This document shows positions 50,625-60,763 of a stretch of 64,000 bases of DNA, one piece after another. Source of the stretch: Trypanosoma brucei (taxonomy: Eukaryota); the NCBI GenBank assembly GCA_000002445.1, contig CM000208.1:3040001-3104000 (forward strand), in the 5' to 3' direction. Each line of letters starts with the position of its first letter. The stretch's first letter is position 1. The notes under the pieces are model-generated. The model did no database searches. It was not told the DNA's origin and saw nothing but the letters and a program-made list of their open reading frames with translations. Position numbers and translations under genes: made by a program.

Positions 50625-53372
50625 TCATCCGAATAATTTGGCCAATCTTACGGCACCCGACTCTTGGACAGAATTCCATCCTTCCTCAATTTGACGCAAA
50701 GCGTCAGTATCCCCTTTTGCTCTGTCCTTCAACTGACTTAACAATTCCGGTTCAGAATGACGGCGACAATCCGCACCCGCCGTTTTCCAATCGCCACAAA
50801 GGACATAGTATTCCATTCTCCATTCTATTTGAGGAATTTTAGGTATGTACTGTTTGGCTTGCTGTCGCTGACAATTGGCAAAAAGTGCTCTCACAAATGC
50901 AAAACCACTAACAGGGGACCTACCTTTGCCTCTAATATCACTTATCTCATCGACAAGATTCCACTGCTTTGTTTCCACAGCTGCTTTTACCATACACCAG
51001 GTATTCATTTTGTCGGAAACTCCAAACTTGTTCTTAATACGATCGGCAACATCCTTGCAACCATGCTCGTGGCAAAGAGTAATTGTTTTTGTGACACTGG
51101 CATCCAAGAAACGACGATCCTTTAGTTTCTTTACCAGATTTTTTTGTTCCTCCATGAGATCCATGTGCAGCCGAAGCCATTTTTCGCTGTCAGAGGGTGG
51201 TCGGAATGAACCTGAAAGCAGCGAGTGGGAGTAAGTGTTCCCACTCAAACCGCCTTTCGAAGGTATATTTACAGTACCCATTGTGCATGACAACAGCGTA
51301 GAGCGCACAATATTAAGCTTGATTACTAGCAAGTCCTCACAACTTTGACCCCCCTCCCCACGTTTACCGGTAGAAACCCTTACCTCCTCGAGGTACCGTA
51401 AAAGATCCAAGTAAGCGCAGTCATCTGGGTATGTCTTAAAGATTTCCATCACTTTACTATTCGTCACTCTCGCTGACTTGGCAAATACGAACAGCATTCT
51501 CCTTGATGTGACGAACTTCTTCAAGAGGGTCAACGCATCACTGCTTTCAGAGGAAATCAAATATTTTATGACCGTAAAAATTAATCCTGTATCACCCGAC
51601 CTTATAGCTTGTCGAAGCCCCTCTTCCAGTTGATTGATTTGCAGCAAGTGAGATATTCTCTCCGATACTGATGTTTCAGCCTCGAGTACAGCAAGAGCCG
51701 CACTTACTTTCTGACTGCGATAAAGTTTAAGCGCAATTTCGCAATATGCAGACTGCTTACAGCACTTTAATTTGTCCACAACTCTGGAGACCAGGCGTCC
51801 CTCATCTGCCTGCGAGACGGAAGAGTTCGTTAACATCAGCATCGCCCACTCCATCATGACATCCTTGGCGCTGAAACCCAGTAACTCACACACATGATAT
51901 GCAAGTTGGTGATAATTCAGCAGTGCGAGTCGCCTTACTAATTTCTCTTTTAATTCTGACAACTGCGCTTGGGATAACAACGTCCCTGCTTTACTCTTGC
52001 ACAACATATTAACCGCTCGGAGGTGCCGAATAACGTCAACGAAAACATCAGATTCGTACATTGCACAAAACGACTTACCGAAGGCTGCTACACGCATCAA
52101 TCGTTTCTGCTGCGATACACTCAACTCGAATTTGGCAGCGGCGATGCAATCGTCCACTGCCTCGGAGAGCCCATGTTTGTCCCTTTGCAAATCACGGATT
52201 ATTTTCACAGAGTTGGCGTTTCCACACATAAACTCATCATATGCCGATAACAACATGGCGGATTTAGCTCGCGATCCCACAGAAAAAATACGTCGTACGG
52301 GCTCGGGTACAACCTGGAGAAATTGATACGAGCGAGCTGAAAGAATCCGCACACCATCGCATTCAGGAACCAGGTGGGCATCGACCGGAATATCGTTGAG
52401 GTAATCTGATTTATCCGGATCATCGACACTGAGTAAACTGAGAGTCGTTGGAAAATTAAGCGCAGCATCGAACTGCTTATTCCGATGCAAGTACGATATG
52501 CACCTATCCCCACACCACATAAACTGAGATGGTATTACATCTGTGTTTATGTTCAAAAGACGTGTGATATCATCAAAAGAACGTGAAGCAACATATACTG
52601 TACCATCACGAACCATAAAAGCCACACTTCGGCCGTTGGGAGAAAGCGCCATATGAACAAAATTCCCACCTTCGATGTAAACACCCAGATCGTGGCACAT
52701 ATACTTTTCGTGAAATACGATATGATAAACGGTCGAAGCGTTTTCCGTTGTAACAAAAGGTACAAAAATCTCGGTATGCCCACTATCGCTAAATCGCGGC
52801 GGTACTGCTAACATTGAACAAGGTTTATTATCATGAAGCAGACGAGGTATTGAAATCGAGACCGCTTCGTACCCCTCAGTACTGCCGCTCTCAACCAGTA
52901 CCAGTCGGAGTTCCTGAAGTCCTACAAGCAAGGCAACACCGGCTTCGGTGCTAGTACATAAAGATGGTACTGGAACCCTCAGAGACGACCCAATAGGTTC
53001 TCCTCTAAAATTAAAAAAACGCAGCGCCCCAGAATTAGAAACGACTATAAGATTATCTTTGGGATAATCCCAACATGCAAACATTAAGTTTGTCATATCA
53101 TCCATATATATTTGCGGAGATAAAGGATGTGGTGTCCCGTTGGCGTTGTAAAGTTTGATAACGCTTCCCCTACTCCCCGAAGAAGATACATTACGATGAT
53201 ACAAGGCCAGTAGTCCACCCGAACGACAATAAGCAATATCATACCTGAAAAAGTCAACGTCCAGTCCCCACAGTAAATCATCAAAGTCAACAAGTCGAAC
53301 TACATTTTCTCGACCAAGAGCTATCCATGCGCCAACCCTTGCAGTTCTCACAAACCTTCTTGGACGTGACAT
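50625..53372 (-). CDS. Vps16, the HOPS/CORVET tethering-complex subunit
   Basis: A 915-aa ORF with an ATG start that I verified. The N-terminal propeller region (YRKxELY-type start, WCGDRCISYL) and the central region align by eye with metazoan VPS16: VPECDGVRILSARSYQFLQVVPEP..RVAAFGKSF...VIRHLRAVNML..LSELKEKLVRRLALLNYHQLAYHVCELLG matches [61 protein letters not shown]. A C-terminal alpha-solenoid is also present. Confidence 0.75.
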   Translation of the reverse strand: MSRPRRFVRTARVGAWIALGRENVVRLVDFDDLLWGLDVDFFRYDIAYCRSGGLLALYHRNVSSSGSRGSVIKLYNANGTPHPLSPQIYMDDMTNLMFACWDYPKDNLIVVSNSGALRFFNFRGEPIGSSLRVPVPSLCTSTEAGVALLVGLQELRLVLVESGSTEGYEAVSISIPRLLHDNKPCSMLAVPPRFSDSGHTEIFVPFVTTENASTVYHIVFHEKYMCHDLGVYIEGGNFVHMALSPNGRSVAFMVRDGTVYVASRSFDDITRLLNINTDVIPSQFMWCGDRCISYLHRNKQFDAALNFPTTLSLLSVDDPDKSDYLNDIPVDAHLVPECDGVRILSARSYQFLQVVPEPVRRIFSVGSRAKSAMLLSAYDEFMCGNANSVKIIRDLQRDKHGLSEAVDDCIAAAKFELSVSQQKRLMRVAAFGKSFCAMYESDVFVDVIRHLRAVNMLCKSKAGTLLSQAQLSELKEKLVRRLALLNYHQLAYHVCELLGFSAKDVMMEWAMLMLTNSSVSQADEGRLVSRVVDKLKCCKQSAYCEIALKLYRSQKVSAALAVLEAETSVSERISHLLQINQLEEGLRQAIRSGDTGLIFTVIKYLISSESSDALTLLKKFVTSRRMLFVFAKSARVTNSKVMEIFKTYPDDCAYLDLLRYLEEVRVSTGKRGEGGQSCEDLLVIKLNIVRSTLLSCTMGTVNIPSKGGLSGNTYSHSLLSGSFRPPSDSEKWLRLHMDLMEEQKNLVKKLKDRRFLDASVTKTITLCHEHGCKDVADRIKNKFGVSDKMNTWCMVKAAVETKQWNLVDEISDIRGKGRSPVSGFAFVRALFANCQRQQAKQYIPKIPQIEWRMEYYVLCGDWKTAGADCRRHSEPELLSQLKDRAKGDTDALRQIEEGWNSVQESGAVRLAKLFG

Positions 53373-53617
53373 AGGTTGGCTAATAAGTTAACAATATTAA
53401 AAATTGGGGGAAAATATTTCTTTAAAAAATTAATTGAACATGCACACCAAATTCAGCTTTTCTTTCAATAACAAACGTGTGTGGAAACAGTACTAATGTA
53501 CAACTCCATTTCATTACATACATTTATAGATACGCATACGTAGTCATAATGTGTAAAATACATCGCAAACATATAGACACGCACTCAATGGTAAATAAAG
53601 AAAAAGCGGTAAGTACG

Positions 53618-55858
53618 TTACTCCCATTCTAGAGGAACAACACAAAAAAGGGTTAAAGAAAACTGCACATCTTCATGTACACACCTAGCGCGAGGAACTA
53701 ATCTATATGATTCCTGAGGCTTCATCGTTACGTCCAAATTGAAAACAACAAGAATATCTGACCTAAACTCCGTTAACCATAAGAGGTCATCACCGCCAGG
53801 ACACAAATAACAAGCACTACGTATTTCCAAGCCAACACCAACGGTTCGTTTGTGGTTTGGTATTTGTGATATTGCCACAACGAAATTTCTAACTGTTATA
53901 TCAGTTTTATTTTTAATCACGAACGACGGGCCCAATTCTGACCCTTTCCTCCACCAGTCCTTAATTGTTTTAAGTTCCGGAGGGGAAAGTGGAACGAAGT
54001 CAAAGCAATCCAAGCACGTTGCGCCCAAGGTACATGGGAAAGGAGCAGAGGAAGACACAGTTACCTGTAACGATTCATTTCCTTTGAGTAACACCACTAA
54101 ACCAACCTCACCACCCTTGGCCTTTTTAGTAGAAAGCAATTCATTTCTGGGACAAACATCACATCTTCGCATTCCCCCCAACCCGTCAGCCGAATATTTG
54201 AAAATATGCAACTGAGTCCATTCATCATGCATTTCATTATCTCTACTAGACGCTCGCACGACCAACACTACCTCTTTCTCCGAATTGCTGTTATTTGAGA
54301 GGAGAAACGAAGGATTACTAGCAAAAGTTGACACAGTATCCGATCCTCCCAGACAACAGCACGGATACTCAATCACATGTCTGTGAATATAGAGTGGATC
54401 ACCGTGAGGCCAGAGAAGTAGGCCAATTCGTTCGAAATACGATATTGCATGCTCTAAGTGCATGCTATTGGATGGAAACTCTACTATACCATCTTTCACC
54501 AAATGTGGAGTAGCGCCGATATATTCAATTGGTTTATCATTCAAGGAAGAAAACCGTACCACACACGTATATCCTGAGTCAGCGTTAGGAGCCTCCACTG
54601 CCGTCAGAAGATAAGGTGTAAACGGAATAATACCAATTTCTTCCAAGCATCTAAAGGCTCTTTCAATCTCCGGATTCGCATGAAACGCAACTATTCTCTT
54701 TTTACGAACACAATCTTTCAAGAATCTGAATATATCAGCTACACTAACATGTTTCTTCAAATTCTTCATTTGAAGTTCAAAGCAGATACCACCGGTCAAG
54801 CACGAGAGGGCATAACCAAGACCAACTCCTGTAATATTTTTGTACCCGCCGTGAAGTTTTGCAAAAGCCTTCTCTACTAAACATCCCCAATAGTCACCAC
54901 TGTTGCTTTCATGGTGAATACCCGCCGGACGATCACCGATCATCGGAATAAAGTCATCAATAACGACCTCTATTGGAGTATCACCGGAAAAAAAACGAAA
55001 TGCGAAGGCTCCTATGCAAGGAAGTTTCCAAATGCAAAGGTTCCTAAGCAAATAAGAAACCTGTTGGACCACACTAAGGGCAGCACGAAGGTTAGAAGTA
55101 TCATTTATTACTGAGGCTACCAATGGTTTGTCACCAACACAGCATTCGTTTTGATCCCTTTGGTCTTCTACAAGAGAGCTCACCCTCACCCACTTTATAT
55201 CACTATTTTTTAAGGCAGTATCAGGCGGGAAACTATTATCTGTAAATGGGGCACCAGATGTAGCTGCGTTGTTCATAATGTCCCTGCAAGACGCATCGCA
55301 TACCTCCGTTGAGCAATGACATGCTCCCATGAAGCAATCCTCATTCCACGATTCCATTCGCCACCTCCAAATTTTTGCTGTCTCTGGAACAACTGCTTTT
55401 CGCCATCGTGTTTGATTTACTTCCCACTGCATTCTATTTATCTCCGTCTGCAAATGTATTGCATATTCAACCTCACTTGATAAACCAGTGCCAGACAAGT
55501 CGACAACGTGTAACCCTGCACAGGCAACAGCCAAATCCTTTAATGCAGCACCGGACGTGTTATCTAAGTGTACGTTGCACAATACGAGACGTGTAACCGA
55601 ACTGCTTCTCAGAACAGCAAAAAGACGTACTAACTGATCGGTTGGTACTTGCATCCCACTGACATCTAACACCTCAATCTCAGACCGCCTTTCAAGAAAA
55701 TGAATGACACAATCGAAAAATTTGGACGAATAGACATACCTGCTGAGATTCAGTTCGTTGGGAGATTTTTCCAAACCTTCCAGCAAATCTGAGTATACTT
55801 TACAACCCAACCACTCAGAGATATACCGGTACTCCTCAGCCACACTAATTATTTCCAT
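53618..55858 (-). CDS. Calpain-like (C2 family) protein with an N-terminal leucine-rich-repeat region; the catalytic Cys appears to be substituted
   Basis: A 746-aa ORF with an ATG start that I verified. It is the first gene of the minus-strand PTU. The N-terminal 150 aa are LRR-like (LDVSGMQVP..LVLCNVHLDNTSGAALKDLA..LHVVDLSGTGLS). Calpain core motifs follow: GDTPIEVVIDDFIPM, YWGCLVEKAFAKLHGGYKNI and GYALSCLTGGI. The position that aligns with GDCW reads GDKP, so Cys is replaced by Lys. Confidence 0.65.
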   Translation of the reverse strand: MEIISVAEEYRYISEWLGCKVYSDLLEGLEKSPNELNLSRYVYSSKFFDCVIHFLERRSEIEVLDVSGMQVPTDQLVRLFAVLRSSSVTRLVLCNVHLDNTSGAALKDLAVACAGLHVVDLSGTGLSSEVEYAIHLQTEINRMQWEVNQTRWRKAVVPETAKIWRWRMESWNEDCFMGACHCSTEVCDASCRDIMNNAATSGAPFTDNSFPPDTALKNSDIKWVRVSSLVEDQRDQNECCVGDKPLVASVINDTSNLRAALSVVQQVSYLLRNLCIWKLPCIGAFAFRFFSGDTPIEVVIDDFIPMIGDRPAGIHHESNSGDYWGCLVEKAFAKLHGGYKNITGVGLGYALSCLTGGICFELQMKNLKKHVSVADIFRFLKDCVRKKRIVAFHANPEIERAFRCLEEIGIIPFTPYLLTAVEAPNADSGYTCVVRFSSLNDKPIEYIGATPHLVKDGIVEFPSNSMHLEHAISYFERIGLLLWPHGDPLYIHRHVIEYPCCCLGGSDTVSTFASNPSFLLSNNSNSEKEVVLVVRASSRDNEMHDEWTQLHIFKYSADGLGGMRRCDVCPRNELLSTKKAKGGEVGLVVLLKGNESLQVTVSSSAPFPCTLGATCLDCFDFVPLSPPELKTIKDWWRKGSELGPSFVIKNKTDITVRNFVVAISQIPNHKRTVGVGLEIRSACYLCPGGDDLLWLTEFRSDILVVFNLDVTMKPQESYRLVPRARCVHEDVQFSLTLFCVVPLEWE

Positions 55859-58800
55859 TTAATTACTTCCTTTGCGTTTTGAAAGCGAATATTGAGGACA
55901 TAAAGAGGGAGAGAAAGTACCGTAAGCACAACACGCCACTCCCGGCCCAGGGATAACAGAAACTATATTCATCAATTGAAAAGTAGATATCAAAGGTTTC
56001 AATGTCCCCCAGAGTCAGAGTAGAAGCAAGCCGTTGCGGGTGTCAACGGCGCTGGTAACGCAAACAAGTAAAAGCGAAAAAATCACGTCCCTATCGCAGT
56101 CACCCTCCCCCCCCCCCCCCGCAAAAAAAAAAAAAACGTCAAGATCGGCCGCGCGTTGAGACAAGGCAAATAAACTAAACATGGGAAAAGAAAAATTTGT
56201 AGAAGCAAATGAAAACGCACCGCACACGAGCGGTGCAGAAGTACAGAGGTAGCTGGTAAAGAAAAGAAGTGACGCCGGAACGCGCGCCGCCATAGGCTAA
56301 GTAACAGCCCCCTCCACACAACCCATCTCGTGGACCGCAACGGCGCCCCGGCTGCAACGACCACGACCAGGCGCACCACGATCGGACACCCCGCCGAGGA
56401 AAGAAAACAAGGGGCCCCTACACAGCCTCGCCGCAGTAATCCGGAAATGCGCAGCAACCAACCGTCGCAGAGAAGGTTCCATTGCCCAACTCCGCCGCTA
56501 GAAGGGGGAAGGGAAAGAAACACGTAACGCCGCGCCAGTTCAGCTCTTTAGAGGGCCCAAACGGTATGGTCAAAGGAAAACCTGCTACGGGGAAGAGATT
56601 GACAGACGGTTGGTAACTGTCTCGACCTGTTCATTTCGGCTGCGTGTTACCCAAAGGGAGGCGGTACATATTCGGGTAACTGCCAGTCGTTATGTGGTTT
56701 CCGAGGTTTGTAGAAGGAGGAGGCCGAAACGGTATCAGCTACGTTACCGATTTGTGGTCGGTGAGCCGCCAATCCTGCGTTTGCTTGTCTTCGTAGGTCG
56801 CCAACATTTTCAACATCGACTTTGACACACCTTGCTCAGCTACGAGTCTGTTGGTGACTGGACTACGCGACCTCGGCGGTTGAAAGCGAAGGTGAACACT
56901 GGGGCGGGTAAATAAAAGAAGGTCAACTCCCGGACGTGGGCAGGCGGGTCGTTAACTTCGGCCGGTTTGTTAGCAGTTGTGGCGCTACTGTTTAAACAAG
57001 TGGAGGGGTGTGAGACGACACCGCGCACCCAACCATGGGAGGAGTACATCGGTGGAAAGCAGACCCAAAGCGCTTACCGACATTGTGAGAAAGCGATGTC
57101 AAGAGAGGGGAACGAGTGACAGTGCCCACAAACTTTTCATCTCTTTCATTGGCTTCAAAAAAAAAAAAACAAAAAAGGGTCCTCTCAGAGTAAAGGGAAA
57201 GACTACGCAATCAGTATGGACCAATATGATAAGATCAACTGTAAGGAAGAAACCCCGACGGAGGCAACCTGATGCCACAACAAACTTCGGCGTGGAAGAC
57301 GGGAATCATTACGGCTCCGAAAGGGTGGAAGGGAAGTGAAGAGGGAAACAGTTTGAGAGTGATTAAGAAGCTACATCATGCCGTTGTGAACCCGTGGGTT
57401 ACACCCCACTCCCGGTGGTGACTTCTTCAGAACGAAAGGAAATAATTGTTTAGTTGTGAACAGGGGAAATTGAGTTAGTCGGTTGTCAAACGTGCGCAGC
57501 AGTGGAAAATGGGTTGTACGGCAAAAAATGAAGACAGTGTTCCAGAGATAACACGGGCAATTCCCCCAAATCACACCTAACAACACTGTCAATGATTCCT
57601 GCTTATTCACCAGGAAACGACGTCAACACCACGAGCAATTCGACACATGGGTCTGATAATGTCCTCAAGGCACTACACTGTATAATAATGGAACGGCTCA
57701 GCAACTAACCTCATGATAAAGATCAAAAAGTGGGAAAGAAGGGCAGCATTTGAACGGCTAAAAATAACAAATAAGGTAAAAGACACAAGGGGAACCACAG
57801 TTGCGACATCTGTGTTGTGGCTTTTTGAAAGAGACAAATTGCACTTTGGAAAGCGACTCCCGTGTGGTTTGATTCAGCCTCTTCACGCCCCTTTGCGTAC
57901 GTATATGAGGAGCTTGGATGCGTTGTGAGAAAGCGGTGCAACTTTGAAGAGTGTGATACGGACGACAACTTATCAGCTACTCGAAAAGCTCGTAATGTCC
58001 ATAACAAAAATAAATCCAGCGTATATTGAGACAGGAACGGTAAACACCCCAATGGAAACGGGAAGGGAAATGGATGCACAAAGGTTAGTGTCTTGTGTTA
58101 GCTTCCGGATTCGCAACGGGGACAACGTCGGCGAGGTAGTAGCGCACAGAATTGCAAAACGTTTAGTGAAGCAGTACGCGTCGTATGAAGGTGGCACCTG
58201 TTATCCAGGATATGATGTACCACGCTTGGTGGATGTGGATTTGTTCGTTACGGTTCACGATTGGACAAGAGGAAGAGGCTTTGGTGGTTGGATCCGAAGG
58301 TATTATAATTTATGAGGGCGGACTCGAATAAATAGCTGGCTCGGGTTTCTTAAAGGTAGTTAAGTCATACACACTAAACACGTGGAAAGGATCCGGAGCC
58401 GCATCTGGTCGTAACAGCATCATCGTCAAAGCGCATGTTATCGAACTTCACCATCTGTACGGCGGGTTGCGTGGCGGTGAAGTAAACACGTAACTGCCAT
58501 GACAGACAAAGCTGGTAACGCCAGAGGTTCCAGCATACCCTTCCCTCATTGTCTGTCTGGGGATGCTGTGAAGAGTGCAACCACTTGCTCCTTAATTTGT
58601 GCTGCTGCATTCATTGGTTATACAATGCCATCGTTGTTAGGTGAGGTTGAAATGTTAACAATGTGATGCGTAGCAATGTGAACAGAAAGTGCCCTTACAT
58701 CGCCGACGAAACTGAAAAGGTTTGGAGTGCACGTCTGATTTCTTTACACCCCAGTACACCGTCAGGTACGTGGTTCACGTTGGAATGGGAAGGGGCGGCG

Positions 58801-60763
58801 AAATGGCGAGGCATTTTTGTAATCTTAACGGACCTTGTACGTTTACTGTCTTCGTATTCGCGAGAATACACAACGTTACTTTACAAGTTATTGCGCGGCA
58901 GAAAGAATGATGTTGAAGCAAAGTGGCGCGGATCGTGCACCCACGAAACGGTGGGGACACGGAACTTTCCAGTTCTACGACGCAGCTTCATGTAAGCGAT
59001 GAGGGAGTAGCTTCATCCCCCTCTAGTAAGTGTGGACCTTCAGGCGATATATTCTTACCTTCACCGACGTTCGGGATGAGGACGGCGGTGTGGACATTCT
59101 GACACGGGTGACCCGGTGGTATTGACGGCTCACAATCAAAAGTTAGGGTTTAGTTGTGCTATGAACAGGATGCACAAAAAATGTGCGGGAAAGGTGGCGT
59201 TTGCCGACTTTCATTTGTACTATAAGTGAGTCTGCTCTGCGAGAGGTGAGTCTATGGGAGCAATGTCCTGTTGTTTCGCGGAGGGCGCCATATTTTTTGC
59301 GCTTGTCATTGTGGACCGATGGTGTCACAGTCACTGCACATATACCCTCTGACTTAACAGCACGGAGAGTCACTTACGTACCGGATTATATGCCACATGT
59401 TTGCCGTGCGGTAGTCGCCTTTACGTCACCTTTTATTTTCATGCTTTGCTTTCCGTTGGCACACCGCTGCTTGCCCCATGGCATATTCTGTGGATTTGTT
59501 GGGAGATGAGACAGGCTTGTGCCCAGACAAACGTACCGTATTTGAAGTCCAACCTTCTATTCAGACAGATAATACTCGCCATCAGCTTACCGAAGTGATG
59601 TTAACTGATGAGTTTCGGTGTAGGGCTGTGTTTTTTATTCAGAGAGTTGAAGTGCAATTTGTGTGTCAGGGGCGCCGTTTTCATACCCTGTACATATCGC
59701 AAAGGTGGGTGGATGGAAATGATTATTTTTTTTCTTTGATGCAAAGGAGCACACTTTGTTCTAGTCGTATCACGCGTAGGTGTGCAGAGGTTACGTTTGA
59801 AGCATATTACCCAGTTCGTAAAGCACGCTGAAGACATTGAAACACACATCACCAGCTATGTTGATTGACACCACCAGTAGACAAAGCTGACCACTGCGCG
59901 TGAACACTTTTTCGCACATGCCAAATTCTTTAACTATAATACCTATGAGGACGCGGTGTGTTTAGCTTAGTGGTAGTTTATGGAAGAGGGGGGCCATGCT
60001 TGTAGGAAATGCTACTTGGTAGTTCGTGTGAAGGCTGTAAAGCTCGTGCAGTTGAGCTGATTGCCAACGGTGTACTGATGCTACGTCAGCGGTGAGTAAA
60101 TACTGTTTTATTCGATACTTCTATGTTTCAAGGGAGTTTCTGCTGGATGGTAGTTTTTCACATTTTTTACTTTCCTTTCCTACACACGAAGTTTACTGTT
60201 GTTGGGAAGCAACTATCACGTGCATCGCCGTGGTTATATAAATGTTGTGTGCATTGGAAGTGGTTGCCCAAACTCCCTCACTACATGAAGGAGGAGGCAT
60301 GCGTCCTTAGTAAACCCCGAAACACTTGCCTGTCGACGTGCTTCGCGTGACGTGAAGAGGGAGTTTATGTCGGTCGTCTGCCCTCTCCCTCGGGGCCCGA
60401 CCTGAAATGATGCTGGGGATGTTTAGTATTTCTTTGCTTCTGTACAGTTTTCTATACGTGTACACCCTTCGTCGCGACGGGCCCCACATGTTTGAGCACA
60501 GCTATTGCAGTCCAGAAAGCCCTGTCGCGTTGCATGACTCTCACTACCCCCTGGCATAAAATACTACCAACAGTGTGTTTTCCTCTCTGTCTTTTAGGGC
60601 ATAGCAGTTTCGAGCCATACAAATCCTTTTAGCTGCCACCGCGCGTTGACGGGGCTACCGCTGCAAGACACTGCAACGACACACATATACAAATATATAT
60701 ATCACAACCTCCTGATCTAGGAAACGGTTCCCTGGTGACTGCAACTGGATAAATCCTTCCGCC
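55859..60763. promoter_or_regulatory. Divergent strand-switch region between the minus-strand and plus-strand PTUs: a candidate RNA polymerase II bidirectional transcription-start region
   Basis: Coding polarity flips here: all the genes to the left are on the minus strand and the adenylate cyclase to the right is on the plus strand. There is no long ORF. The region contains the C14/A14 homopolymer pair and a GC-rich island. Confidence 0.7.
56107..56136. repeat. C14-GC-A14 homopolymer pair (G14 and T14 on the minus strand) at the edge of the strand-switch region
   Basis: The sequence is cccccccccccccc gc aaaaaaaaaaaaaa, about 250 bp upstream of the first minus-strand gene. Confidence 0.9.

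Noticed and set aside
56083-56523. 146-aa and nested 60-aa minus-strand ORFs in the GC-rich island of the strand-switch region
   Set aside because: They arise because the island is GC-rich and has few stop codons. The translation is Arg/Gly/Leu low-complexity with no domain, and several mutually exclusive frames are open at once.
57944-58315. A 123-aa plus-strand ORF in the strand-switch region (MKSVIRTTTYQLLEKL...)
   Set aside because: I recognise no motif and it has no upstream polypyrimidine tract or partner gene context. I kept it only as part of the possible decayed-element finding, not as a gene.
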